From a virus (lineage: Duplodnaviria; Caudoviricetes): DNA of 63,998 nucleotides. Below, piece by piece: positions 46,634 through 56,338 of the stretch. How positions within the stretch are numbered: position 1 is the stretch's first letter; every line of letters starts with the position of its first letter. The stretch spans positions 1-63,998 of IMG/VR virus record IMGVR_UViG_3300033134_000083; one strand, given 5' to 3'. The notes below the pieces were generated by a model. The model was not told the DNA's origin, did not search any database, and saw only the letters and a program-made list of their open reading frames with translations. A program made the translations under genes and the position numbers.

Positions 46634-46787
46634 CCTGCTTTAGTCCTGCTGCTTTAGCCAGCTCCTGAGCATGCCGCCTCAGCCTTTCCAATCGGAGCCT
46701 AAGAATATCGACCCGGTTCATCAGATCAGCATATGCAGCAGCTACGTCGTCATCCAAAACAGGCCATTCTTCACTTCCCGGTTTCAT
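46623..46787 (-). CDS. 54-aa leaderless coiled-coil peptide (not in the ORF track)
   Basis: TAGGGT 6 nt before ATG; MKPGSEEWPVLDDDVAAAYADLMNRVDILRLRLERLRR. Confidence 0.5.
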   Translation of the reverse strand: MKPGSEEWPVLDDDVAAAYADLMNRVDILRLRLERLRRHAQELAKAAGLKQDEY

Positions 46788-46813
46788 ACTGCTACCCTAC
46801 TACACGGAGGGGC

Positions 46814-47287
46814 ATGGCGGAATTTTATGATGCAGTTACTCCCAGCAACATTCCAAATGGCAGCTACGCTGTCCTGTATGCTGACGGCCTCTACAAGGCC
46901 ACCAGCGAGCAAGCGTCTCGGTTCCGGGGGGTACTGTGGAACACCGTCTACGGCGGTAAGGCCGCAGCCAGTTACTCCGCGTGCATCGACTATGAACAAG
47001 GCAACCCTTCATTCGAAGGCAACGCTCTGTACGAATGGGCGGCCGAACGTAAAGCAATGAATGCACACGGCCGCGTTTACTGCGACCTAAGTAATTACCC
47101 GCGTGCTAAGGCAGCAGTCGCCGGGCTAGGGAACATCGTCTGGTGGCTCGCCACGCTAGACGGCAACAAGCTAAACCCCTACTACGTTCCAGACCTATGG
47201 GCGGTGCAATACCAGGGCGGCATGGACGCCGAATACGACGTCAGCTGGCTGTACGGCCCGTGGATATACCCCCCGTTGAAGCCATGA
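46814..47287 (+). CDS. putative endolysin catalytic domain (GH25-like, no cell-wall binding domain)
   Basis: DYEQGN, VYC, WWLA, AVQY and YDVS motifs; adjacent to the holin; GGAGG RBS. Confidence 0.6.
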   Translation: MAEFYDAVTPSNIPNGSYAVLYADGLYKATSEQASRFRGVLWNTVYGGKAAASYSACIDYEQGNPSFEGNALYEWAAERKAMNAHGRVYCDLSNYPRAKAAVAGLGNIVWWLATLDGNKLNPYYVPDLWAVQYQGGMDAEYDVSWLYGPWIYPPLKP

Positions 47288-47514
47288 GTAGCGTCGAAGC
47301 CAAGGTGGCAGCCAGCAGTTCCACGTCCATCCTCACCGGAGTCATCACCTGGATACTGGTCACGTACGTGCCTGTGTTCCACTCCGGCCTACCGGGCCCG
47401 CTAGCCACATTCCTGCCCTGGATGGTCTCTGCGGTACTTGGAGCTACGGCTGGGTACTTTGCCCCGCACACCAACGCTCCGGCTGCTCCCTCATCGTCTC
47501 AAACAGGTAGCTAG
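47284..47514 (+). CDS. holin
   Basis: VEAKVAA, two TM helices, AGYFAPHT; ATGA overlap. Confidence 0.7.
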   Translation: MSSVEAKVAASSSTSILTGVITWILVTYVPVFHSGLPGPLATFLPWMVSAVLGATAGYFAPHTNAPAAPSSSQTGS

Positions 47515-47953
47515 CTAGGGACGTGCTGTACTCAAGCATGTCGCTCAACGGCAACTCGTTCTCACTGTGCCAGCTAAGCGGTAGTTCCGGGTCGGCCACA
47601 GTGTTGCCCTTAGCAACAGCTACGTAAACGTGGTCAAGGTGGTAGTGATACTCATTAAGTCCGTTGTCGCGGGGCATTTCTACTTGTACCAGCCACCATG
47701 GTAGTGGACGGTGCCGTTCCGGCTTATGGCGAGCCGGTGGATGCGGCATAACTAGCTCCGCTACTATGCCTGCTTCCTCCTCAATTTCCCTCAGCGCAGC
47801 CTCGTGTGGTTGTTCACCGCTTTCCACGTGACCACCTGGAGTCATGAGCTTGCCCCAGATGGGGTGCCGTATAAGCCCTAGCTGCCACCCGCTGCTATCC
47901 TGACGAAACAGGAACGTGCTAGCAGTGGCATGCGTAGCTACGTACGCTGCCAC
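47444..47953 (-). CDS. NUDIX hydrolase
   Basis: GGHVESGEQPHEAALREIEEEAG Nudix box. Confidence 0.9.
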   Translation of the reverse strand: MAAYVATHATASTFLFRQDSSGWQLGLIRHPIWGKLMTPGGHVESGEQPHEAALREIEEEAGIVAELVMPHPPARHKPERHRPLPWWLVQVEMPRDNGLNEYHYHLDHVYVAVAKGNTVADPELPLSWHSENELPLSDMLEYSTSLASYLFETMREQPERWCAGQSTQP

Positions 47954-48195
47954 TTGTTAACCGGACCCGTCGAAGCAGTTGTAGCGTTCAGGTCACGTTT
48001 GTTGCTAGGACGACACCGGTCACATGACGCAGCACCGGGGAAATGTGCGTGGGACTTGCTGCGCTCCTTCTTTCGTAGCCGCTTCCGCTGCTTCGGAGTC
48101 AGAACATGGTCTTCCGGTACTGGCAGCTTCCAGCCCCCTTTCTGCACCCGGTAATTCTGATCCCGCTCCTCAGCTAGCATTTTCCGTTCCTTCCA

Positions 48196-48223
48196 AAGCC
48201 CCCGCCTAGGCGGGGGCTTTTTT
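48196..48223. terminator. bidirectional intrinsic terminator
   Basis: aaagcccccgcc ta ggcgggggcttttt. Confidence 0.75.
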
Positions 48224-48403
48224 GCGTTACTTTGTACAGTTCATATGGCAACCACTTCCGTGGCAACCGCTGCCGTGGTCACCGTGGCAGCAGCCATGAC
48301 ATGAACAGCTACAGGTACTAGCATCCGGGCAGCCTTTCATGACCGACCGTAACAGCACGAGCAGTAACCGCAGTGCCGCCCTTCCTTACACCGGTCGCAT
48401 TGC

Positions 48404-48763
48404 CTACGCATCGGCTAGCACCATCAGGTCGCTCATGCCCATGACAGTATGCTTAGCTATCAGGCGTACGTCTTCCTCGCTGCGTAGGTCGTCGTTAAAC
48501 CCCTCTGGCGAGTACCAGTCCTGGTTGAACAAGGTCTGACATGCGCGCTTAAACGACTGAGTGAAAGCCCAGTCCAGCGTCAAGTCAACGTTAGTACAGC
48601 CGCTGCCGTCCATTTGGCCCGTAGCGCGATACCAGCAGCCGCGTAGACAGTACCCTTGGTCGTCGTTTCCCAGCTCACCCTGGAGCCACCCGTACTTGTC
48701 CCAAACGGTTTGCATAGCTTCGGCTACGGCACTCAAGTACTGTTCCGCCTCGGCCCGGTTCAC
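48404..48763 (-). CDS. DUF6197-like hypothetical protein
   Basis: YGWLQG...YCLRG...FNDD.R...V pattern. Confidence 0.55.
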   Translation of the reverse strand: MNRAEAEQYLSAVAEAMQTVWDKYGWLQGELGNDDQGYCLRGCWYRATGQMDGSGCTNVDLTLDWAFTQSFKRACQTLFNQDWYSPEGFNDDLRSEEDVRLIAKHTVMGMSDLMVLADA

Positions 48764-48774
48764 CTTTCCCCTTT

Positions 48775-49215
48775 CTAGTCCCAGCAGCTTGGGAAGTGCT
48801 CGGCCAACAGTCGCAGTGCTTGCTGGGCTTCCTCGATGTAACGGTTGTCGTAGTCATCCCAGTGTTTATGGTAAGCCAGTAGCGGCTCCGATATGCGAGT
48901 TAGCACATCATCCCACTGCTCTAACGTAATGTCACTGGGGTAACCGTGCCCGTGGTTGCGCAAAGAAGCTATAGAGCTACCAATTAGCTTAGCTAGGTAA
49001 CTATCGAGACTCCAAACGTCACGGTCGGCCCAGCCACGCTTGGAGCGCTGGTAACGCCAGCGTAGCCTAACCCACGGTTGTGGGCGAGCTAGTTTTCCAA
49101 GGTTACGCCGCAGGTACCAATACGTCCGTCTCGGCGCTGACCTGAATGGGTGAGCAGCCTCCCACGCTTTGCGTGCTTCCCACTCGGCTATGTAGTCTCG
49201 CCACTTAGTGGCCAC
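48775..49215 (-). CDS. conserved phage hypothetical protein
   Basis: RGWADRDVWSLDSYLA...GYP...W...L...HFPSCWD. Confidence 0.6.
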   Translation of the reverse strand: MATKWRDYIAEWEARKAWEAAHPFRSAPRRTYWYLRRNLGKLARPQPWVRLRWRYQRSKRGWADRDVWSLDSYLAKLIGSSIASLRNHGHGYPSDITLEQWDDVLTRISEPLLAYHKHWDDYDNRYIEEAQQALRLLAEHFPSCWD

Positions 49216-49239
49216 TTATGCACCCTCCGCCCAACTCAG

Positions 49240-49311
49240 CGGCCCTGGAGGGAATCGAACCCCCATTTACGGTTCCGTAGACCGCAGCTCTATCCGTTGA
49301 GCTACAGGACC
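49240..49311 (-). tRNA. tRNA-Arg(ACG)
   Basis: 72-nt cloverleaf; GGTCCTG/CAGGGCC acceptor stem, CT-ACG-GA loop, GTTCGATTC T-arm. Confidence 0.9.
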
Positions 49312-49320
49312 CGCCACTAC

Positions 49321-49890
49321 CTAGCTTCGCTCCGGTTTAACTAGCTCCACAGGAGCTAGGGATTGCTGAATTTCCTCCAAGGTAACTACGGCCGCTTGTA
49401 TAGCGCCAAATCCAAGTCTGTAACCGGGCATCACGACGCGTGGCAAACAGTTAACGCACCAGCCGCACACATGCCCACCGTACACAGCGTAGCCCCTGAG
49501 AGGCGTACCACAACCACTCAAGCACATAGTAGGCGGAGTAACGTCGATGACGCGCTGTTTCTGCGCTCGCCACCCGTCGCGGTGTTCGATAACCCGACCA
49601 TACAACTCGGCAGTCATAACCCAGCTTTGTCGGTGTCTATCGGCAACTTTCATGGCATGAAACCCGCACCGGCATCCAGCCGGGTCCGGCACTGGATGCG
49701 ATAGGCCCGCTCCGCACTGGGCTACATCCACCGCTTCGTAACATATATTCACACCAGCGCCAGTAAAGGCTGCCCGTGTGCCGTTCCAGCGAATACGGCA
49801 TAGTTTAGTTACCCGAATGGGTTCCGCATGCGGAGAAGGCACCGTAGGAACGGTCTCAGTCGCAGGAGCTGGTATAACCGGCCAGTTCAT
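49321..49890 (-). CDS. conserved actinophage hypothetical protein
   Basis: C...H.VP...C.CGFHA...V.LYGRVIEH..GWRAQ motif. Confidence 0.6.
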   Translation of the reverse strand: MNWPVIPAPATETVPTVPSPHAEPIRVTKLCRIRWNGTRAAFTGAGVNICYEAVDVAQCGAGLSHPVPDPAGCRCGFHAMKVADRHRQSWVMTAELYGRVIEHRDGWRAQKQRVIDVTPPTMCLSGCGTPLRGYAVYGGHVCGWCVNCLPRVVMPGYRLGFGAIQAAVVTLEEIQQSLAPVELVKPERS

Positions 49891-50067
49891 TCCTCCCATC
49901 GTCCCGTGCCACTTATGATGGGACGACATCAGGTACCAGCTCAGGCTCGGCCGGTGCTTCCTCCGGGATAAAGTCCGGCACCTCGGCTGGGTCGGGAACT
50001 TCGTACTGCTTTTCCTGCTCACCGATTTCCACCACGCACCTCTTCCCTAAACGTTTTTTCCTTGCCC

Positions 50068-50400
50068 CTACAACCAGTTTGCTAGCTTCCTAGCCAACCG
50101 GCCCATAGTATTGTCCTGAAAACGCTTATGGTGCACAACGGCAGCTCGTGCACGGTCTAGCTCCTGCTGCCGCCCCTTCATAATTGCTGGCGGCCGTCCC
50201 TGCCTTTCAGCTTTCTGCAACCTCCGCTCGGCAGCCACGACTCGCCGTTCAAGCCTTTGCTTTGTTTCGGCTCCCTGACTTTCGGCAGCAAATACAGCGT
50301 TTCGAGCATCAATTGTACGCTGAGCGTTTAGTTTAGCGTCAGCTCGTTCCCGCCACTGCGCATACTCAGCAGCTTGTTTGGCGTCGCGTCTAGCACCCAT
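50068..50400 (-). CDS. coiled-coil hypothetical protein
   Basis: Purine-rich RBS; helical and basic. Confidence 0.5.
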   Translation of the reverse strand: MGARRDAKQAAEYAQWRERADAKLNAQRTIDARNAVFAAESQGAETKQRLERRVVAAERRLQKAERQGRPPAIMKGRQQELDRARAAVVHHKRFQDNTMGRLARKLANWL

Positions 50401-50418
50401 TCCCTATCCCATTTTCCC

Positions 50419-50456
50419 TGAGCCCCAGCGAGCTACCGAACTGCTCCACCCCCGCG
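50419..50456 (-). pseudogene. 5' half of an initiator tRNA-fMet
   Basis: CGCGGGGGTGGAGCAGTTCGGTAGCTCGCTGGGGCTCA, ending inside the anticodon; no 3' half follows. Confidence 0.7.
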
Positions 50457-50475
50457 TTGCTTGAACAACTTAATG

Positions 50476-51033
50476 CTACCCGCTTTGCTGAGTCTGCGCT
50501 AGCGTTTTGAGTGCCATAACCATCTCAGCTAGTGCCTGGGGAACCCTTCCCTGCGGGTCCAAGTCCTCGGCCTCAACTGTACCCTCGCCCCGGTTTTGAC
50601 GTACCCAGTACAGTTCCCCACTAGTGCTACAGGCCAACATCTGACGCTGTTCGATGCGTTCTGGCTGGAGATGAATTTCATGCTCAGCCGAAGCCCGGTT
50701 TAGCCGCTCCGCCTTTTCGGTACCAAAGTCGGCTTGGTCTAGGACAACGCCCCATGCCTCGAAGCGGAACGCTACGCCAGCTAGCCCGGCAGGTACTGGT
50801 GGAGCAGGTGGCTTGTCTGGAGGCAACGTGTCGTAGTTCAGCAAGCCGTTAGCTAGCCGAGATACCACCTCGGGCGGGTCTACTAGCTTCCAAAAAATCT
50901 CGTTCAATTCAAAGCTAAGCAACTCCAGCTCACTGTGGCAATCAGTCACAAAGTAAAGCTCGGGGCACTCGTCCCATTCGGTGCGTTCGCTTAGTGCCGC
51001 TGTAAGCAACCGGATAAAGCGTTTGTCTCTCAT
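50476..51033 (-). CDS. hypothetical protein
   Basis: GVAFRFEAW...H.QPERIE.R motif. Confidence 0.55.
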   Translation of the reverse strand: MRDKRFIRLLTAALSERTEWDECPELYFVTDCHSELELLSFELNEIFWKLVDPPEVVSRLANGLLNYDTLPPDKPPAPPVPAGLAGVAFRFEAWGVVLDQADFGTEKAERLNRASAEHEIHLQPERIEQRQMLACSTSGELYWVRQNRGEGTVEAEDLDPQGRVPQALAEMVMALKTLAQTQQSG

Positions 51034-51105
51034 CTATTCCCCTAAGGGGGTAAAGGCAGCGCCTCCGGTCGGCCGGAACTCTCCGGAGGCGCTGCCAGGT
51101 TTTGC

Positions 51106-52650
51106 TCAGCTAGACCCGTTGCGTGTGTCGACCGGCTTGACTTCGAACGCCATGCCGTCGAACTGCGTGCGCTTGAGCACGCTCTCAGCAGCCTTAACCA
51201 CGACCCGCTGCACAGCACCATCCACCGTGTCCAAGTCGGCAGCTTCGTCCGCTGCTTCCATCATCTCTAGCTGACGCCTCAGCCCGTTAGCCGCAGCCAC
51301 CAAATCCTCAGTGGTGATAACCGAAGGGTGACCGTTGTTACGGGCAATGGAGTAGCGCACTGCTCGCTGAGCGGCTTCCACTGCGTAGGCGGGTACGTAA
51401 CCCTTGAACGCCTCGGTTACAGCTTCGTAGTCGATGTCCTTGAGCAAATGCGCAGGCAACGTCACCTTGATGAGCTGTTCGGTGGCTTCCCGCTCCAGCG
51501 GACCCAGATGAATCACCGAGTCGATACGCCCTGGCCGCAGCATGCCCTTTTCAATCAGGTCAGGGTAGTTGGTGGTGAACCCGACCATGATTTCCGCGTT
51601 CTTACCCGCGACGTTGTCCATCGCGTCCAGAACTTTCCCTATCTGCGCACGGGACGCGTTCTTGTTGGCCACGTTGTCCACGTCCTCGACCCACACCACA
51701 GCCGGAGAGTAAAGCTGAGCGGTGCGCAGAGCCACCAGCGGGTCGTCTTCCGGGCGGACCAGAATGAACGTCCAGCCGTGCTGGGTAGCGTGCTGAGCGG
51801 TCAGTGCCCCTGCCAGGGTCTTACCGACTCCAAACGTGCCTTCCAGCAGGAACGCGCGCTTGAGCGGAATGTTGTGCTTACGCAGTTCCTCGGCATGGTC
51901 GGTGATAGTCCACACGTTGGCCTGAAGCTGTTCAAGCTCCCCGGCGTTGTAAACAACCGACCGGGGGTCCACTGCGTGTTCCTTGAAGAACCCAGGTATG
52001 TCGGCGCCGTTGATAGCCTTGCCCCGGTAGATGGAACGTTCCCGTAGTTCGTCTTCCACGACGGCGAAGAAGCCTTCGATGATGGTCCGGTACTTGTGTG
52101 GTGCCACCACCGAAATGCACGACAGGATGCCCTTCACGGGGTCGCGCACAGCGCCCACGTCAAACACGGCGTCAAGGATAGAGAACTTAATCTCATTCCA
52201 CGGCACCTGTATCGACTTCCCCGCTGCCACCTCGATGGAAATGAGCTTCGGGTGGTGTTCCTGGCCGAACATGTCATACCAGGACTTACCGATGCCAGCG
52301 GTGCCGAACAGTTTCACCATCGCCCGGTTAAACGCCGCCGCACCATCATAATGACGGTAAGGAAACGTCTTAGCGAACTCGAACTTCTTCTCCTGCTGCT
52401 GCTCGGCTTCCCGTAGGAGCTGACGAGCCCGCTTGAACCCTTCCGGCCCAGCTAGACTCGCTGGGAGCACAATCGCTGTGCCCTCGAACTTGATGTCGTC
52501 ATCACCAACTGCACCGGAGCCAAGCTGCGACAGCACCTCCATCAGCCGCTGCCGGTCCGTCTCCTCCTGCGAGACGACTTTCCCCTGTACCGGTTCGTCC
52601 TTACGAGGGGAAAGCATCTTCATGATTTCCGCCGTACTCATCTCAGCCAT
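51106..52650 (-). CDS. AAA+ ATPase
   Basis: GTFGVGKT Walker A, VVWVEDVD Walker B, TTNYP...LRPGRID second region of homology. Confidence 0.9.
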   Translation of the reverse strand: MAEMSTAEIMKMLSPRKDEPVQGKVVSQEETDRQRLMEVLSQLGSGAVGDDDIKFEGTAIVLPASLAGPEGFKRARQLLREAEQQQEKKFEFAKTFPYRHYDGAAAFNRAMVKLFGTAGIGKSWYDMFGQEHHPKLISIEVAAGKSIQVPWNEIKFSILDAVFDVGAVRDPVKGILSCISVVAPHKYRTIIEGFFAVVEDELRERSIYRGKAINGADIPGFFKEHAVDPRSVVYNAGELEQLQANVWTITDHAEELRKHNIPLKRAFLLEGTFGVGKTLAGALTAQHATQHGWTFILVRPEDDPLVALRTAQLYSPAVVWVEDVDNVANKNASRAQIGKVLDAMDNVAGKNAEIMVGFTTNYPDLIEKGMLRPGRIDSVIHLGPLEREATEQLIKVTLPAHLLKDIDYEAVTEAFKGYVPAYAVEAAQRAVRYSIARNNGHPSVITTEDLVAAANGLRRQLEMMEAADEAADLDTVDGAVQRVVVKAAESVLKRTQFDGMAFEVKPVDTRNGSS

Positions 52651-53332
52651 TCCGTTCCCCTTTTCCTACTTGGTAGCAATCTGGTGCCAATGCGAAAGGA
52701 TGTAGAAAATAGTGTCTATAGCTGGCGCAATAAGCCCCCAGATAATAGCGTGAAGTACGGTAACAAGAACTGGGCCACCAAGCAGCAAAGCTATCTTAAC
52801 CCCAATGCCAGCAGTTACGATGCGCTTTAGTTTCTCGTACCAGTCCCGTAGCATCGTTTCCCTTTCCCTAAAGGTTAGCTTAGCCCATTGCCGCCAGCGG
52901 CGCCGTCTTTTTCGCCAGCCCAGCGTGCGGCTTCTTGCACAGCAATCATAGTTTCGATGACGTGTTCGCGTAGCTCCGGGTCATCAAGTCCGCATGGAAC
53001 ACAGATGAGGAACTCGGTAAGCCCAGGATACGGGTTTGGCTGAGCCGAATCGCGGTAGACCGGCTGCTGGCAACGGCTGCATGCGTCCACAACAGCAGTA
53101 GCTACAGGTTTGCCGTTCATTTCCGCTACCCGTGGGCATATGCGAGCTACAACATCCTGTTCCGCGTCCACACTGTTCCCTTTCGAAAGCTTTAAGGCAA
53201 GGAGAGACCCCCTGAGCCGCACTACTAAGATGTTCAGTCCTTTCGCCAAGGCTTGCGTGCCCTGCCGGGCACACGTACGTCTCTCCCTGCAGGTGGCACA
53301 CTACTTAATCTTCGCCGTGTGCTAGGGCGGCG

Positions 53333-53404
53333 TCGGGATGGGCTGGATTGAACAGCCGACCTCTCGGTCCCAGGCCGAGTGCTCTACTACTGAGCTACAT
53401 CCCG
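53333..53404 (-). tRNA. tRNA-Pro(TGG)
   Basis: 72-nt cloverleaf; CGGGATG/CATCCCG acceptor stem, CC-TGG-GA loop (C at position 33). Confidence 0.8.
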
Positions 53405-53475
53405 TTACCGGGAATGGCAGGGCGGAGCTTGGGGCCTAGCCATCCCCGGCGTATGAGCGTTTACAAAACGCTACT

Positions 53476-53841
53476 TTACCCTATATCTGGTGTCGTGGGT
53501 GCGGCATTATCCCACCAACGCCGCCCGGCCTGCCACTCGGCCCGGTGCTGGTCACACAAGGTCTTTATCCAAAAAGCTGACGCTTCACCGCAGGTGCCAG
53601 GTTCGCCGCACCATTCGCAAATAGTGACAGACTTTGCGGTGGCTACGCCTACTGCCTGCATTAGCGGCAACTGCCGGTTATCCATGCTCAGGTAGACGCG
53701 TAGCTCACCGAACTTTTCCTTAACCTGTGCCACCTGATAGTCCGGGTTAACCGCGAGCAGTTCCTCGTGTAGCTGCTGCACCAGCGGCACCCACCCTGGT
53801 CCTACCGAGTCGTCTACTAGCCACTCCGGTAGCTGGTTCAT
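53476..53841 (-). CDS. conserved phage protein (QVKEKFG family)
   Basis: GW..LV..L...VAQVKEKFGELRVY...ICEWCG...WIKTLC. Confidence 0.7.
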   Translation of the reverse strand: MNQLPEWLVDDSVGPGWVPLVQQLHEELLAVNPDYQVAQVKEKFGELRVYLSMDNRQLPLMQAVGVATAKSVTICEWCGEPGTCGEASAFWIKTLCDQHRAEWQAGRRWWDNAAPTTPDIG

Positions 53842-54620
53842 GTCGTTTCCCATTCCATAGTGCGAACATTCAAAATAGCCCAGTTGTTGTCCATGCCGTC
53901 GCAAGCCAACCCAGTTACTTTTACTACGCCGTGGTTCATCTGCACTGGCTTGGAGTATGCCATGTGGTAGTGGCCGTGAATCAAGTAACTTGGTTGAACT
54001 ACGTTTACTACGTTCTGCAGCAGTTCGCGGTGAGCTTCTGCTGCTGGAATCTGCGGTAGCCACTCCCGTGGTGGTGGCGGTAGCGTTAGCGTTACCCCAG
54101 CCGGGCAGTCATGGGTAAGCATCACGTCAGCTTGCCCTACTTGGGACACTGATGCTGCCTGCCCAGGAGTGATTGCTTCTTCCGGGAACCAGTCCTCGCC
54201 TTCGGTGAGCAGGTCCTTATCGACGCTTACAGCACCGCCCAGGGCTAGCCATTCCCGGCTATGCCATAGCCACCGGGACCCACGAGGTAGCCACCGAACC
54301 CTAGGTCCAGCTACAGCCACCGACCGCGAGTCTTGCGGAACGTTCCAGTCGCCTCGGTACGATGCGAGCGCTGGGTGGTCCTCATGGTTTCCGTCGAGAA
54401 ACATGAACGTCATATTCAAACGCTCCAGCCACTCAGCTACCGAGTACAAGTAATAAAGACCCCCCGCAGCGCCTGGCCAGAACCCGAAGTCGCCTACCTG
54501 AACGGCGAGCTTAACCGACTCGCCGCTAAGGCGTGCTGCTATTTCGGGCAAGATAAAAGAACTCCACCTAGTGTTAGCGTGCAAGTCTCCCACTACTGCT
54601 ATGCGCTCTGGTTTACTCAT
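53838..54620 (-). CDS. calcineurin-like metallophosphoesterase
   Basis: GDLH, VGDFG, DGNHE, THDCP and HGHYH motifs. Confidence 0.9.
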   Translation of the reverse strand: MSKPERIAVVGDLHANTRWSSFILPEIAARLSGESVKLAVQVGDFGFWPGAAGGLYYLYSVAEWLERLNMTFMFLDGNHEDHPALASYRGDWNVPQDSRSVAVAGPRVRWLPRGSRWLWHSREWLALGGAVSVDKDLLTEGEDWFPEEAITPGQAASVSQVGQADVMLTHDCPAGVTLTLPPPPREWLPQIPAAEAHRELLQNVVNVVQPSYLIHGHYHMAYSKPVQMNHGVVKVTGLACDGMDNNWAILNVRTMEWETT

Positions 54621-54997
54621 CGTGTTCCCTGTGGTACCGGTCGTAGCACTGGGCGGGTGGGACGCTCGGCTATTTTGCGCCGCATCTTGGCAATAATAGC
54701 CTTAGTTTTGCTACCTAGAGCTAGCTTCTTACGGTCCTTACGGCGCTTCTTCCATTCCATCCACGCACAGTACGAGTACAAGGCAATAGCAGCAGCGCTG
54801 AAAAAGATTACTGGCCCGTTCTCGACGCAGACTCCACCAGCTAGTATCACGAAAGCGCAAATGTCAGCGATGACCCAGTATGCAAGTCTGCTGAATACAG
54901 AACGCCGTAGAAAACGGTAGCTTACTAGTTCGGTAAAGATAAGCGTTGCGGTAACAGTAAAGCCAGCTTCTAGTAGCATCAAGCCGATGTTTTTCAT
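54617..54997 (-). CDS. membrane protein
   Basis: Three hydrophobic helices and a basic tail. Confidence 0.55.
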   Translation of the reverse strand: MKNIGLMLLEAGFTVTATLIFTELVSYRFLRRSVFSRLAYWVIADICAFVILAGGVCVENGPVIFFSAAAIALYSYCAWMEWKKRRKDRKKLALGSKTKAIIAKMRRKIAERPTRPVLRPVPQGTR

Positions 54998-55254
54998 GTT
55001 CCTTTCCCTTTTCCAACCGGTCGCCCTCCCTGTGACGGCCGGTAATGCAGATACCACGTGTATATGTCTCGCAAAGCGAACAGGTATCGCTTCTCTCCTT
55101 CGATAGTTATTTCATACCGCTCTGGAAAGCCGTTGTTTTTGCGTCGCGAATACCACACCCATACTTGCTGGCGAGTATGCGGTTTGCCGTCCAGACGGGG
55201 AGCGCGTTCATCCAGCATCCGGGCAGCATCCGTGAATCCGCCATAGTGCTCCAC
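54994..55254 (-). CDS. AlpA/excisionase-like DNA-binding protein
   Basis: G...AARML...TRQQV..W..R...FPE...LF...DI..W. Confidence 0.55.
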   Translation of the reverse strand: MEHYGGFTDAARMLDERAPRLDGKPHTRQQVWVWYSRRKNNGFPERYEITIEGEKRYLFALRDIYTWYLHYRPSQGGRPVGKGKGT

Positions 55255-55989
55255 CTATTTGCTCCGCTGGCCCGGAAGCAAGTGCTCTGGGAAGTTAAGC
55301 TTGGTGTCACTGCCGAAGCGTAGCTTTGCGGCAGTGTCGTAGGCTTGTGCAGCTTCTAGCTCGGTATCAAAGCTGCCGATGTAACGGTTCGGCGCTGTGC
55401 TCCCGAACCTAGCCATCCACTTACTGTGGCTCGGGTAAACGCCACGGTATTCGGAATGCGAAACCCGTGGAAGCGGAAGTTGCACAGATTCCAAGTTCGG
55501 AAAGTTAAGCCACGCAAATTCGCCAAAGTATTCGCGCGCTGCTGAGTCATAAACACGCGCAGCATCGACTTCCGATTCGTACTGACCGAGCCACAACATG
55601 TGGTTTCCCACATTAATGCCAGCTCGCCATTTGCCGGTGTCCCGGCGGTAGAACACACCCTTGAACTGGGACGAGCTGTTACGGCTGCCACGCTGATTTC
55701 GCACGTTCTGCTGCTGGGTGGCAGGACGCAAGTTCCACCGCTGGTTGTTCAATCCGTTCCCGTCTTTGTGGTCTACGCCCTTCAACCCCATAATCAGGGT
55801 GTGCATAAAGAGCGTACGCTTTTCTCCGTTCATGCGCGCATTTGTAATAGCGTAGGGACCGTAATGGCGGCCGTGCCAAACATAGTCGCGAACGTTCCAC
55901 CGATGCTGCGTAACGAGGCGGTAGTCACCTTCGTCCACAAGAGCAACTCTGCCAGCAGCTTTCTTGCCGTACAGAAAGACTTCTTTCAT
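55255..55989 (-). CDS. HNH endonuclease with two AP2 domains
   Basis: VDHKDGNGLNNQRWNLR; SQFKGV...W.A.I...LG.Y..E..AA..YD twice. Confidence 0.9.
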   Translation of the reverse strand: MKEVFLYGKKAAGRVALVDEGDYRLVTQHRWNVRDYVWHGRHYGPYAITNARMNGEKRTLFMHTLIMGLKGVDHKDGNGLNNQRWNLRPATQQQNVRNQRGSRNSSSQFKGVFYRRDTGKWRAGINVGNHMLWLGQYESEVDAARVYDSAAREYFGEFAWLNFPNLESVQLPLPRVSHSEYRGVYPSHSKWMARFGSTAPNRYIGSFDTELEAAQAYDTAAKLRFGSDTKLNFPEHLLPGQRSK

Positions 55990-56338
55990 TTACCGCTTCC
56001 CCTCATTCCTGGCAGTAGATAGTCCTCATCCGTAACCTGGGGATAAGTTCCCGGTAGCTCCGGAGCAATAATGTTCAGCATCTGAGCCAAGTATGCTACG
56101 TCGCGGCGGTGGTTACGGTGGCGGCAATCCAAGCCACGGCAATGATGCTGGTTACACATGCGCCGAGTGCGGACGGCAGCCATGCGCATGTTGGACCAGT
56201 CACCTTCGTCCAGCATCGACCCAGCTAGCAGATGGGTTTCTACTAGGTAGCCTGGCTGAGGTGAACGTCCCGGTGGCGGTGTATCAGCCCGGTTTAGCCG
56301 TGACTCAGTCACTTCGCTAGGGCTGGGACGGTAAGTCA

